64,000 bases of DNA from Neodothiora populina (Eukaryota). Each line of letters starts with the position of its first letter. The stretch's first letter is position 1. The notes under the pieces are model-generated. The model was not told the origin of the DNA. It saw only the letters and a program-made list of their open reading frames with translations, and did no database searches. Of the stretch, positions 1-13,131 are shown in pieces. A program made the position numbers and the translations under genes. Location: contig NW_027191411.1 of the NCBI RefSeq assembly GCF_041146345.1, positions 1,054,001 to 1,118,000 of the forward strand. Direction: 5' to 3'.

Positions 1-897
1 AGCAACCAGCACCAAGACCAATTCATCAAGTTCGTCTTGGGTGGCATCCCGATGAAGCTCCGTGCAAAGATCTGGCTCGAGAACGCCGAAGGCAAGATCC
101 ACTACAGCCCAGAAGCATTTGCTGCCTACAAGAAAGAATTCGACAGCCTCGGCGAGGATGCTTTGGGCCTGTCGTTCGGCGGAGTCAAGGGTGACATCAA
201 CGCCGACAAGACGCGCACTCTGACCAACAACATCTTGTTTCGGCAGAGTCGAGGTGCTAGATTCGCCGGGAGAGCGACACCCGAGGAGCTGGCCTCCGTG
301 CTGCGTGCTTTCGCCGTCCGCAATCCGGACATGGGGTACATACAGGGCTTCAACCTCATCGCCGGATACCTCATGCTGGCCATGCCGGCCACGGAACAGG
401 CCTTTTGGGTGTTCACCTATCTGATCGAAAGCGTGCTGCCGCCGCAGTACTTCGCTCGGAGCGACAGCAGCCTCAAAGGTCCTCGTGCGGATATCACAGT
501 TCTGCGCTCCTTCATCAGGCATCTGATGCCGAAGCTGTCGGCCCACATGGACAGTCTGCAACTGCCCGACGACCAGACCGTGCCCATCAACTGGCTCATC
601 ACAGCCTTCGCCTCGACTTTATCCATCGAAGCTCTATTCCGCGTCTGGGACGTGGTGCTTTCCATCCCAGCCCAGAGCACGTACCTTCTACGTGTCGCTC
701 TGGCCCTGCTCAAAATCAACGAGGACAGGCTGCTCGACACGTCCAGCGCCGCGCACCTGTATCAGGTTCTGGACAGGCACATGGGCGCCGGCGTGTCTAT
801 TGACGGTCTAGTGCATGCGTCTTGGGTGCTCGGCCGCAGCGTCACGCCCGCGCTGGTGCAGAAGCGACGGGAAGCGGCGCTGAAGGCCCTCGATTGA
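1..897 (+). CDS. Rab-GAP TBC-domain protein, 5'-truncated by the window edge
   Basis: Open frame from base 1. TBC motifs GIPxxLRxxIW, INADKTRT (IxxDxxR), YIQGFN (YxQGxN), AFWVF and LFRVWD. Stop at 895-897. Confidence 0.9.
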   Translation, partial: SNQHQDQFIKFVLGGIPMKLRAKIWLENAEGKIHYSPEAFAAYKKEFDSLGEDALGLSFGGVKGDINADKTRTLTNNILFRQSRGARFAGRATPEELASVLRAFAVRNPDMGYIQGFNLIAGYLMLAMPATEQAFWVFTYLIESVLPPQYFARSDSSLKGPRADITVLRSFIRHLMPKLSAHMDSLQLPDDQTVPINWLITAFASTLSIEALFRVWDVVLSIPAQSTYLLRVALALLKINEDRLLDTSSAAHLYQVLDRHMGAGVSIDGLVHASWVLGRSVTPALVQKRREAALKALD

Positions 898-2173
898 TTG
901 CTTACTGTATATCACTTGTTCAGGAGGAGGTCCATTGTGGATTCTCACGGCGCGTACGATCTTTTCTTTTTCTTTTTTGTCTCTTACTTGGACATGACTA
1001 TACGTGTTTCATCTTTTTCGCTTTCTTCACTGAAAAAAAGCAGATACCCCCACCAAGCGTGTTTTTTGCTGTGTTTCCATGTACCATATCTTGCTCAAAT
1101 GTGTAGCAACAAGACGAAGAGAAGGAAACAAGACGATGAATATCATGATCTGATTACCTTTCCTTACCTTACCTTTTCTTGCTCCTTGTTTTTCTCATGT
1201 TGTGGTGCGACCGGATCTGTTTAGCGATGAAATGAACGGAAATGTACTGTATTCCACGTGCTCCCCATCTTTCCTAGGATAGACGTGTGATGGGTGTCTA
1301 CCTTTCTTAGTCGTCTTGCTTGAGGATTAAATGAAGGAGCATACGCGCGCCCCGGTGTGGACGGGTCGGTCTGTACATCACTCGATGAATGGCTGGCTGG
1401 GTACGGGGATAAAGTAAATGGATAGTAGATCAATGAATTGAGCGAGAGGGCGACCCTGTCCCACACCCTACTGTACATCACCTGTATCCATGTTCGCTAC
1501 CGGACTATTGGAGTCTCTTGGCTTCGTTTGTGGAAGTCTCAAACGGTCTGTACAGTACCTTGCCTCACCTCGTTATCCGAGATCTAATCCTCTTTCATCG
1601 GAGAAGCTCGGTGTGGAAGTCAGCGCTGCTGCGGCGTGATGCTGCTGCGGCGTGATGTGAGATGCTGTGCTATGCTATATTACGTTACACTGCATACTGT
1701 ACATCGTTTGCGCTTGGTCGGACTGCTTGTCAGAAATTTGTACACTCACTGCCCTGGTGTGGGATGCGGTGTCTGGATTATACTGACTGGTGTCTTGTCT
1801 ACGCTTGACTGGACTCTCTGTCGTCCGTCGTCTATCAGTAGTCTTCCATGGAGACTTCATAGATCATCAACACTCGTCAAAAGCTGGGGATATGCACTTC
1901 TCCTCATATACAAGCAGGCAACAACAGAGACAAGGACGCCAAAATGTATGTTACTAAAGTTTTTATTACTTCATTTCTTAAATTGTATGTATATTTCATT
2001 TACAATCGTGCCATCCTGATACGGAGGCCATGGGTTCGTAATCCACCGATCTTCTTCTCGTCATCGCATCAATCATAACATCCACTGAAGCTCCTGGCTT
2101 CACTGTTGCGGATATTAGAGAGTCGAGCTTTTTGTTCGCGACAAACCGCCTTCACCAAAAATTGGCGAGGCAT

Positions 2174-3013
<840 letters not shown>

Positions 3014-4932
3014 TTAAAAGTGGCTTTCGGGGATAGTTAGAAATAATTGGTATATGGGAGAATAGATGAGAAGGATGTATTTGAGATAAGAAAAAGGGAA
3101 CAAGAGGAGGGAAAGAGCTGCTCTTAAGAGGGGCAGCGCAGGCAGGAGGGGCTACAGTACACCCAGCTGTTGCAGATATCAAGTGACCTCATAAGGCGGG
3201 GGGAGAGGGATATTGATAGCCCGTGCGCCATGTCCTGCTCAATGCATCGCATGATGGTGCCGAGGGTGCTACAAGCTCCATCTTGACAGAGCTGTAATTC
3301 TTACAGTGCATCTGTAGGGCTTACCGTTTGCAGATCACGGAATGAGCTTGTATTTAGGGTCTACAATTGCTATTTTGCCGAGTCCTGTCTCCCGATAGCA
3401 GTCTTTTCTACATATAAGAAAAGTAAACGTAGAGATCCCATTGATGGCAAGATATCGCTTGCCCTGCTCACTGGCGAGCTTTATCGAGCCAAGAACATGA
3501 CGTCGGCACGCTTCTCCGATGTGGCCCGTCCTCACCATAAATATTTAGAGCTCGAGCTTCCAGCAACGAGGCCCCACGTAACTTTCGCCGCCGCGATCGA
3601 GATGTAGAGATATGAAATACTTGCAAAGCATTCGGCCCGTTACTCTCGACAACCTCATTGTGCTCAAGAAAAGATGGAAAAGTACAAGAATCGCCCGATC
3701 TCTGAGCACCAGTAGCCTCGATTCACAGTGGAGAAACGTAAGCCTCAATACGTGTGAGGAACGTCAGTCTAACATCACTGCACACCACTATCGTGATATA
3801 TAGAAGTCCGTGGAACTGGGTACAGTAGTTTCTATTGTTTAGTTTGGCTGCTTCTTAGCATAACAAAGACCCAGTGTCTGTGTGCGAAATCCACCGCAAT
3901 TCGTGTTGCTGCGGTGATGTTTCTGCTCCTCGCTGCTCTCCGACTGCTTTGTATAACATGAGCATCTGCGCTTTATTGCAAGGTCCATACCAAGGACATG
4001 CAAGCTCGGCTATGCCACAAGATGCCGAGACGCAGCTGTCGTGGCTGCATATATGTCGTGTAACCATCATGGTCTCTCGTGAGCATGTCTAAGCGGCAAG
4101 TTGTATCGATGCCCTTCAATGGTAAGCGATCAATTGTTCCTCGTATACGAATATGCAGCAAAGCTCTGAACCACGCAAGCTCGAGCAACGTTGTACTTTA
4201 GACGTTGCAGGTGGTCCGGGAGACATGTCTGAAGTTCCCCCATCAACGTCGACTTCGGTCCGTCCATGACCACCGGTCAATGAACCTTGGTCGTTACTTG
4301 TCTGCAGCTGCAAAGCACCGTCGGCGGAACCTTGACGAGAGCTCTCACAATTATCGAGTAGAAGATGTCCTGGTCCTTGTGGTTCAACCCTTGAACTTGC
4401 GCTGCGGTCTCAAGTATAGCTGGAAGGTGTAATTCACAGTACAGGACTATTTCGGAGCATTGCACCTACACCGCAACAGCGCAACATGGGGAGATCGACC
4501 CGTGGACAGGTTGCATCCCCACGAAAGCATTGGGAAAGCCCAACGTAATACCCGCACGGTGCAAGTTTCCAAGGAGCACCTTCTGTCTCTAAGAATGCAT
4601 GCATCACTCATCGGCCGCAATCCACCGAATTTGAAGATTATGCACTGTACTACCTAAATGTCCCACCGGCATGGCCTGAATACCTTATCTCTGCACCGGA
4701 GTCGAACCCTTGCTACTTACGCCGGCAATCATCGGATTTAGGATTCCGACGGACATGGACGGCATATTGGCTGCCTCCCCTGACCATTGGCTCAGATTGC
4801 AGACACGAGAAACTTAGCAGTGTCAGACCGAAGAAGTCAGAACTCGATTTTGCCTGACCCTACATTGAGCACCACAAACTGCATTACACTGCGGCAAAGG
4901 ACGTACGATTCTCCCAAAAGTGAGGTATCTTA

Positions 4933-5764
4933 TCATCTACCCAAGATTTCTCCTCTGCCTCTGGCTCGTAACACGTAGGCCGGAGGAGTTATAGACTTCG
5001 CCTTCTTCTCCCTTTCTAAATACTGCATGCAGTCATAGATGATCCATCTTCGGAAATGGCCAGGCCCAATGCCCTCTTCTGCAAAGTAGCCTTCGATGCG
5101 ACCACAGTAACGCGCATAATTAAATTCAGGATCCTCCTGGTACAGATCACGTCCCATTGTTGCCAAATCTTGAAGGAAAGCACGAAACTGCTGTAGCCCT
5201 TGAAGACTCTATGGGAATGGTAAGAACCACGCCCGTGCGATCTGGTATATACCGCTCAAAATGCTCGCGATAGACACCGCGAAGTGGCACCGGTCCTTGT
5301 GGGAGCTGTGCAGCGAAGGCACCGAAAATGCGTGCATATTCGATCAGATTGTCCATGGCTATCGGATAATGGCCTCCTACCTGGAGCTCGAAGCCATCGA
5401 GGCGGACGTCTGGATGTGTAATACGGAGGTAGGTCAACGCACGCCTGAGGATAGGGAAGAAAGGATCAAAGCTGAGGACGGAGAAGAGAAATGTTTGCTG
5501 GGTAAAGAACATGCCGACTGTTTCGCTTCTGATCTGACGGCTGACACGGGTGATGGGTGGAGGAGCCCATGCCGCACAGCTGAGGTCGTTCCCCATGGGA
5601 CGTATCTCGACCGTGCGTGTAGGGTTCAACACAACCATATGGTAGATCATGTTACGGATCTCGCCTGGCAAGATCATGAACAGATTGTGGCCTGCAGCGG
5701 AATGCCTGCCATTGTAGCCATCAACTTTCGTATTCGATGTTCTGACCAGTATGGAAACATCCAT
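4933..5764 (-). CDS. Fungal hypothetical protein with N-terminal LPxEIRNxIY (F-box/2EXR-like) motif; C-terminus lies in the +1 frame (frameshift or unresolved intron)
   Basis: ORF 5147-5764 has LPGEIRNMIY and PPITRVSRQIRSET. ORF 4933-5166 aligns by eye with the C-terminus of paralog 8999-9838. Confidence 0.6.
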
Positions 5765-6628
5765 CGACCTTCGCTCCTAAAGAGCTGCTTGGATTGTTCA
5801 CTTGCTTCGAGATGACAGCATGGAGGAAAGGGGGATTTTCGTACTGGATACGATCTTGGTTTGAACGTTCAGCGTAGAAAGATGGAAAGCAAGTCATTCA
5901 GACGCACACGAGTATTTGTATTGCCACTGCTTGCAATAAGTTTGGTTGATACCCACAGGACCTACCAACTCCGAATTCCTTGTGATTGCGTCGTGTGAGA
6001 CTCGAGACGCCAAGACCAGTCATCCCTCGATAAGAGACCAAGTCTACTAATACCATGGCACAGCAATTTTTAGAGAATAGTTCGCGGCGGACATCGTAGT
6101 CAACTCGAGACTTGCACTTCAGATGAACTCTCGACATCTGCTGTTGTGCCTGCTCGAATGCCGTCCATGTCGGAGATTACCTCGCCACCACCATATGATG
6201 GTATACGACTGACTTGATACTGTGATGCTGAGACCTGTAATAATCGCACGCTTCAGCCGAGACACTCGTGAGTCTGGCTTTACCTTGTGTTTCATGAACA
6301 GAGATTCACTTGACCCAGAAGCTCTCCGACTTGCTACTTGAATGAACCCGCTCCCATGGCTTAGCGTATTCGTAAGGACAGAGCAGCAGGAGTGGTAGTG
6401 GTAGTCGTCGTAGCAGAGTTGATGGTGGTGGTGTGCTCTCACGACTTGTGGTCGCAGTCGCAGCGTTATCCGGGGATGCCAAGCTGACAAGCCGAGGTTC
6501 ATGGGCGACTCGAATGGGCTGGTGACTGCGTATCAATCATTTAACAAGGCAGCATGACAACGAAAATAACATGAAACATAAATCACAAGTTTTTTCTGTC
6601 ATGGCAGAATGACCTATAAAATTACAAA

Positions 6629-8216
6629 ATGGAGTTCATGACCAATATCCAGTCTGGACTGGATGAGCAAAAGCCGTCGTTGTTCGGTAAGTGCTTCCAT
6701 GTTTATATGCATTTATCCACTCATATTGCCATATCGTCATCTTTGACATTTATACAAGGTATTCACGGCAAAATACTGACAATGTAATCAAGAACTTCTG
6801 TCTGAGCAACAACTCGCATCTTTGATTCCTCCCTCGTTGCGATACCTCCTTGCAACCGCGACCCACCGACATCCCCGCTATCTCCTGCGGATACTGAATT
6901 CTTTCGACGAGATATATGCTCTATTATCTCTTCTGGTAGAGCGTCACTACCTACGGACATATGGCGGAGGCTTCACAGAAAACTTCTATGGATTGAAGCG
7001 CGAGCGAGTGCTGCGCGTGAAAGATGGCGAAGTCCCTCGCGCAGCCCTGGGCGCTCCAGATCAAGTGCGCGAGACACTGAAACTAAAACACTCGGATATA
7101 TGGATGAACCTGGCGATCATGGTAGCCCTGCCATATGCGAAACGCAAGTTGGACGAAAGTTACGATATCCACGCCGCCAGCGCGAACATCTTGGGGCCTG
7201 CGTTCCGCTCAGAGACGCTGCCTCAAGGCGCTTCGATCAAGCAGCGCATGCTCTACTACTACAAGTGGTTCCTGCGGAAAGTGTATCCGAGTGTGAACGC
7301 TGCCTATTACTTTTCTCTCCTGGCCTTTAACCTGCTGTATCTATTCGATAGTACAAAGTACTCTTCGCCGTTCCTCTGGATGATAGGATCTCGGATCCGA
7401 CGACTCAACGGCGCAGACCACAAAGCGATCGAACTCGCATCTCAACCCACGCCACCTCGAGGCCAACGACCCGGCGCACCTCCAGCACCAGCGAGCCTGC
7501 TAAGCAAGCGAACATTGACAGAGACCGTGTACCCCAAAATGCTATCCAGTCTCAAGATCCTTCTCCCGACCTCCATCTTCGCGCTTAAGTTTCTCGAATG
7601 GTGGCACGCAAGCGATTTTGCGCGCCAGCTGTCCCGCAAAGCAGCCGAAGGGCTCGAGCTGCCACCGCCAACAATATCCGGTCTGCCGGCTCCCACTCCG
7701 CCAGCCGGAAAAGAAAAGTCAGGGGTAACATTCACCTCGGACGCCAAGGGAGGAGCAGCAGCAGCAGCAGATACAGAGAAATCCGAATCAACAGCGGCGA
7801 CTGCAACAAGCCCAGCAACAGGAATAACCGGCAGCGCACCCTCACCGCCAATCTCCAGCACTTCCTACCTGCCCATCCTGACCGTGCCACCTCCTTCTAC
7901 AGACAACGCCGAGAACTGCCCCATCTGCCTCTCGTCCATCCAAACCCCCACCGCCGCGCAGACCGGCTACGTGTATTGCTACACGTGTATATTCCGCTGG
8001 GTGGAAGGCGAGCACCCGCGGCAGATCGCCTTTATGGAGGGAAACAAAGAGGGAGGCGTCGATGATGAAGCTGGCGAGACTGGAGAGGGCAGGGAGTGGG
8101 CTGAGGCTGGCGGGGGTAGTAGGAAGGATAGATGGGAGGACGGAAGAGGCAGATGTGCGGTCACTGGTCGACGACTACTTGGTGGATCGGGCGGGTTGAG
8201 GAGAGTCATGGTTTGA
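6629..8216 (+). CDS. PEX12: Peroxin 12, RING-finger peroxisomal import ubiquitin ligase subunit
   Basis: Exon 1 6629-6686 (MEFMTNIQSGLDEQKPSLF), intron 6687-6792 (GTAAGT..CTGAC..AG). Exon 2 has FTENFYGLKR, FALKFLEWW and the C-terminal CPIC..CYTC..CAVT RING. Confidence 0.95.
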
Positions 8217-8998
8217 TTTTCGATGCATCTTGAACTTTGGGGGCCTGGGACTACGGACTGTTCCTTTCAACGAGGTCGAGCGTGGCGCTTCTTGGTGGTT
8301 TTGTGCTGGGAGAAAATATCGCACCATGGCTTGCTGAGAGCTAATAATGTGCCAATTTGGATGTTCTTTCGGATAAAACATACTATATGGTTATCTAATG
8401 TCATGTATCTTCCCATGCATTGTATTTCATGCCTTTCGTAATGAAGATGTGTCCTGTGTATAGAAAGATCCTAGAATCCCTTGTGCATATGGAGAAATTG
8501 CATTGCTGTGCCCGCGTATTGCAGTTGAACATCTTGTCTGGTATTGGACAGGAGAGCAGGCGTCCATTTGGAAGTAATTTGCTGCCATGCCCCGTGGTCC
8601 CCATGCAGGACTGATCATCGTATGGACGGTGCCCCTCTGTAGCTGTCGCTGTGGAGGGGAACGGAGTGGGTCTTCATAGAGCCACTGCTCGAAGATGTCT
8701 CGATTGTCGCTCTGGTGGCTGGTTTTCTCCCCAGTGCATCAGATCTGATTCAGAGAGACGGGGATAATCGTTGTCATGAAGCACCTCCGTGTTGCGTGAC
8801 AAGCAGGCGGAGGGAGCGATTTTGGGTCGTTAGGTAGGTATTCGTATCCGGTCGGTTCGTGATGATCTATTTGTATCGCTTCCGAATAGTAAGAAAAGTA
8901 GACATTCCTGTTCTGACGTTGACTGGTTGATTGTCGATCATGGTGATGATACGATCGCATGTCGGATCCCTCATCGCGACTCCCTGGAGACGGCGATC

Positions 8999-9838
8999 TC
9001 ACATCTCATCTCTCCACCCGAGGGCGTTACCAGCATCTCTGCCCACATAGCCCCTGCTACTCCTCAAACTCTCGATAAGTGTTTTTCTTATGGCTTCATC
9101 GTCCAGAAACTCTCTGATCCTATTCTTCAGTTGCACAAGCTCCTTCACATCTCCGATCTTGCTACCATCTTCACCACAACGACAGCAGTCAACATCAGCA
9201 ACAGTCTTGGCAAATTCATTGCCTAGATCCAACAGCCCTTTTGCTGCCTCTCTAGCATAAGTACTGTTTTTGAGAGGCCAATAAACCATACCGACTTTGG
9301 CGGGCAGCTGCGCTCTGAACCTGACGAACATCTCAACCCACTTGACCAATTCGTCCATAGATCTAATGCCAGCGTTCACGTGTTTGAAAAGAAGATTACC
9401 CAGTCTCACATCTTCCATACTACCTCCTGCTGATGATGATGATGATGCTGCTGCTGCTGCCTCTGCTGCTGCCTCTGCTCCTGTGTCTCCTTCAGTGAGG
9501 GACGGAACTTGCGTGTGGGCGCGTAAAGCTTCAAGGATACGGATCAAGGGCTGGATGCCTTGATCTAACGGACATTGCAAATCATACACGAAGGTGTGAG
9601 ACGAGTAGTATAGAGACAGTGTCTCGTAACGGAGTTGACGACTCGTGCGACATAAAGGTGGACTGATCCACTCATTGGTTTTTGAAACGGTGGTGAATGC
9701 TAGACGGAGAGGGGGAGAGCGTGTCAGAGTGTATGTGTATATCCGGTTACGGAGCTCAGCTGGCAGGCGGAGGAGGGGGCTTGTTAACGGGGTAAAGACT
9801 GGAGTAGAATCCATTTCTCGACAAGACGATGTTATCAA
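8999..9838 (-). CDS. Fungal hypothetical protein with SPLLRLPAELRNRIY (F-box/2EXR-like) motif
   Basis: 279-aa ORF (first ATG at 9814) with SPLLRLPAELRNRIYTY and PPLCRTSRQLRYETLSLYYS motifs. Paralog of 4933-5764. Confidence 0.75.
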   Translation of the reverse strand: MITSSCREMDSTPVFTPLTSPLLRLPAELRNRIYTYTLTRSPPLRLAFTTVSKTNEWISPPLCRTSRQLRYETLSLYYSSHTFVYDLQCPLDQGIQPLIRILEALRAHTQVPSLTEGDTGAEAAAEAAAAASSSSSAGGSMEDVRLGNLLFKHVNAGIRSMDELVKWVEMFVRFRAQLPAKVGMVYWPLKNSTYAREAAKGLLDLGNEFAKTVADVDCCRCGEDGSKIGDVKELVQLKNRIREFLDDEAIRKTLIESLRSSRGYVGRDAGNALGWRDEM

Positions 9839-10038
9839 AGTCAGAAGTGTAGAGGCATAGACTAGGGAGGTGTCATAGAAGTTTAAGTCAAGCTACGGGA
9901 CAATGGTCCAAAAGATATTCCGATATTCTTCTTGTTGTGTTCATCAAGGTTGAGGTGACGACGATGATGTGGGTGATGATCTTGAGATAAGATCGTACGA
10001 GCCACGGCGATATCGCCAACCATCAGCTAAACTCCGCT

Positions 10039-10061
10039 ATCGGATAACAATCTTATCTGAT
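10039..10061. promoter_or_regulatory. Inverted pair of SreA/Sre1-type extended GATA sites
   Basis: ATCGGATAA (+, 10039-10047) and ATCAGATAA (-, 10053-10061) resemble the ATCWGATAA consensus and sit ~200 bp upstream of the 8999-9838 gene. Confidence 0.4.
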
Positions 10062-10312
10062 CATCGGGTACTTGTACTCGCGTTGGTTCCACACCTTCTC
10101 GTCGACCTTGCGTAGTTGATGACAAGAAGGCTATACTGTACAGCCTTTGTCAACAGTATATTGAGAGACAGTTTAACAACTCACCAGCCTGAGAGGAGAT
10201 GAGACGAATGCCCGCGTTCGATCTCCCAATGCAAAAGCTTCCAACATAGTCCCAATCGGTCATGTTGTGACCGTCGGAATGGATGAAGGCGGACTGAGTG
10301 TCTATCTACTAT

Positions 10313-10800
10313 TTACCAACCAGAGGTTCTGACGTGATTGGCCAATGCCTTCAGGCCACTGCCTACAAAGTCTCGCACAAGAGAAGATATGGAAGTAGCA
10401 GAGCCAGATGCTGGCCGTTGAAAGATCCTCTTGATGTTACTGTCCTCTTCGTTCTCAACGTTGAAGTACAATACATTGTGCGCGATCCTAAAAGCGAGGT
10501 ACCACGCTGCATATCCACCGCGGTTGACCTGCCAGCCTCGTGAAGACACTGATGATGACCATGCCGATGAAAAGAGGTGCACAGTCAAGGTTCTCACGAT
10601 AAGCAATCTCAGCGCGCCCTTGTGATTCGATGTTTGCTTTGCCCAAGGCGGGTTTAAGGTGCTCTGTATCAACATGGTCATGTGGCTTTGTTCCCTTGGG
10701 TCTTTTGGAAGGATATTGTCTGATGTGAAAGTCATACACATGGGAAGTCATAGCGATCATCACGTAAAGGGAAATCGAGAGTAGAGCGCAACTCTGCACG
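10313..10800 (-). pseudogene. Degenerate MAPEG-family membrane protein (frameshifted)
   Basis: Frame A reads LLSISLYVMIAMTSH...RAEIAYRENLDCAPLFIGMVII. Frame B continues YAAWYLAFRIAHNVLYFN. Together they match the MAPEG RAxxAHxNxxExxPxF...YxxxRxxHxxxY pattern, with a frame switch at ~10520-10535. Confidence 0.65.
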
Positions 10801-11562
10801 TTGAGGTTCTTCCCTTGGCATCTTGATCGAAAGGTTGGATCAGAGAACTCGATAGTCCGAGAGGCAATGGATATAGTCTCAGGATGCAGAAGGCGGCTCA
10901 TCTCACAATAAGCAGCTCACCCATAGAAAAGAGGATGTTTAATGGATGCCTATTGATGGCTCACCTACTTAGACCAAGGCGTGCAGCTCTGTGTGTGTCA
11001 GGTTGCGGGGCGATCGAAATGCATACCTTCCCTTAGCTGGCCATGGTCTACGCCATCAGGATTGTGGTCTTGCGGATCATGTTGGTGGTGTCTGACAAGA
11101 GCAGGCGAAGGAGTGAGCGAGGCTGCGCCAAGACTACAACAAGGGTCTCAAGGATAAGAAGTTGCAGAACGATAAGAAATCGACATCAGGGCAAAAAGTT
11201 GATTTCACATCAGAGTGGCGTATTAATCATTTAGTGTGAGGACGGCGTATTATTCGCAGTCTGTGACTCTTGATTCCCCGCCATTTCCTCCCAAAAAATC
11301 AAAGTTCGAGATAAAAGTTGCTTGTCGCAGATTGTCGCCGCCTCAGGTTTGTCAGATTTCCTCAGGCTCAAGCACATTACACGGTCGCCCATACTTTCAT
11401 TGTCGAATATCTCTGCAACTTGCTCTGCACATACACAGGCCCGAGCAAGAAGGAGAATTTTTCTGTCACGACGAACGGCATCGGTTCTTCGTCCAGCGTT
11501 TCTCTAATTGATACCCAGTCGTTTTCTTTTTCTTCTTCAGTTCAGTCTTCATTTTCTGCATC

Positions 11563-13131
11563 ATGTCGATGGATCTCGACTCCGTTGCCCTCCCCGCCAC
11601 CCAGCAGAGGGAGGTGACGAACGCTACTATCCTCTGTTGCAACTGTGGCGCACCCATCGATGGCACACAATCAGCCGGTGCTCTCTGCTACGACTGCATC
11701 AAACTCACCGTCGACATCTCTCAGGGCGTACAAAGAGAAGGCACGCTACACCAATGCCGTGATTGCGACCGCTGGCTCTCACCTCCCATGCAGTGGGTGG
11801 TTGCTGCTCCCGAGTCCCGCGAGTTGCTGGCTCTATGCCTGCGCAAACTTCGTGGTCTCTCAAAAGTCCGAATCATCGACGCCAGCTTCATCTGGACAGA
11901 GCCCCACTCGCGAAGAATCAAGCTCAAGATCACCATCCAGCAAGAAGCTTTCCAGGGAACCATCCTGCAACAGACATTCGAGGTTGAGTTCGTCCAGGCC
12001 AACCAGCAATGTCCGGAATGTGCCAAATCCTTCACACACAACACCTGGAGAGCCGTCGTGCAAGTCCGCCAGAAGGTCCCCCACAAGCGTACCTTCCTCT
12101 ATCTCGAACAGCTCATCCTCAAGCACCAGGCTCACAGAGACACCATCAACATCAAGGAAGTGCACGAGGGTATCGATTTCTACTTTGCTGCTCGCAACTC
12201 TGCCGAGAAATTCGTGGATTTCCTGAACTCGGTCGCACCGGTCAAGACGAAGAAGTCGCAAGAGCTGATTTCCATGGACACGCACACGTCGGTGAAATCC
12301 TACAAGTTTTCCTTTTCCATCGAGATTGTGCCAATCTGCAAGGACGATCTGGTCGCACTACCCATCAAGTTGGCAAAGAGCATCGGCAACATTTCTCCCC
12401 TGGCGATTTGCTCGAGAATCGGCACGTCCGTCAACCTGATCGACCCCAACACACTTCAAACGGCCGATGTCAGCACCCCAGTCTATTGGCGCGCACCTTT
12501 CTCTCCTCTGGCCGATGTGACGGAACTAGTAGAGTTCATCATCATGGACATCGAGCCCGACTACTCTGTGCAGAAAGGGCGATTCGTCCTGGCCGAGTGC
12601 ACAGTGGCACGCTCATCCGACCTCGGCTCAAACAACACAACGTACTTCACGCGCACGCATCTGGGCGCCATCCTCAACGTCGGCGACACAGTCATGGGCT
12701 ACCTGATGGCGGGCACGCAGTTCAACAACAACGAGTTCGAAGCCATCGAGTCGAGCAAGCAGTACTCATCTCAGATCCCAGACGTCGTCTTGGTCAAGAA
12801 GTCGTATCCTCGCAAGCAGAAGGCCGGAGGCGCAGCAAAGAGGAACTGGAAGCTCAAGCGCATGGCGCGCGAGGAGAGCGAGATGCTGCCTCGCAAGCAG
12901 GACCAGGACCGCATGGAGCGCGACTTTGAGCTGTTCCTTAGAGACGTCGAGGAGGACGAGGAGGTCAGGCAGGGCATGCATCTCTACAGACAGCCTGGGG
13001 AGGCGGCTGCTCCCGCCAAGGAAGAGATGGATATGGATGGCGAGAGCGATGATGACAGCGAGGGCGGTCTGCCGCAGATTCCCATGGAGCAATTACTCGA
13101 CGAGTTTGACGAGATGACTATGCAAGAGTAG
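11563..13131 (+). CDS. NMD3: 60S ribosomal export adaptor Nmd3
   Basis: Intronless 522 aa. CCNCG, CYDC, CRDC and CPEC zinc knuckles, FIWTEPHSRRIK, VQVRQKVPHKRTFLYLEQLILKH, acidic C-terminal NES region. Confidence 0.97.
   Translation: MSMDLDSVALPATQQREVTNATILCCNCGAPIDGTQSAGALCYDCIKLTVDISQGVQREGTLHQCRDCDRWLSPPMQWVVAAPESRELLALCLRKLRGLSKVRIIDASFIWTEPHSRRIKLKITIQQEAFQGTILQQTFEVEFVQANQQCPECAKSFTHNTWRAVVQVRQKVPHKRTFLYLEQLILKHQAHRDTINIKEVHEGIDFYFAARNSAEKFVDFLNSVAPVKTKKSQELISMDTHTSVKSYKFSFSIEIVPICKDDLVALPIKLAKSIGNISPLAICSRIGTSVNLIDPNTLQTADVSTPVYWRAPFSPLADVTELVEFIIMDIEPDYSVQKGRFVLAECTVARSSDLGSNNTTYFTRTHLGAILNVGDTVMGYLMAGTQFNNNEFEAIESSKQYSSQIPDVVLVKKSYPRKQKAGGAAKRNWKLKRMAREESEMLPRKQDQDRMERDFELFLRDVEEDEEVRQGMHLYRQPGEAAAPAKEEMDMDGESDDDSEGGLPQIPMEQLLDEFDEMTMQE

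Noticed and set aside
3300..4900. Cluster of 60-75 aa ORFs between the SDR and the F-box-like gene
   Set aside because: No coherent exon chain or motif recognised.
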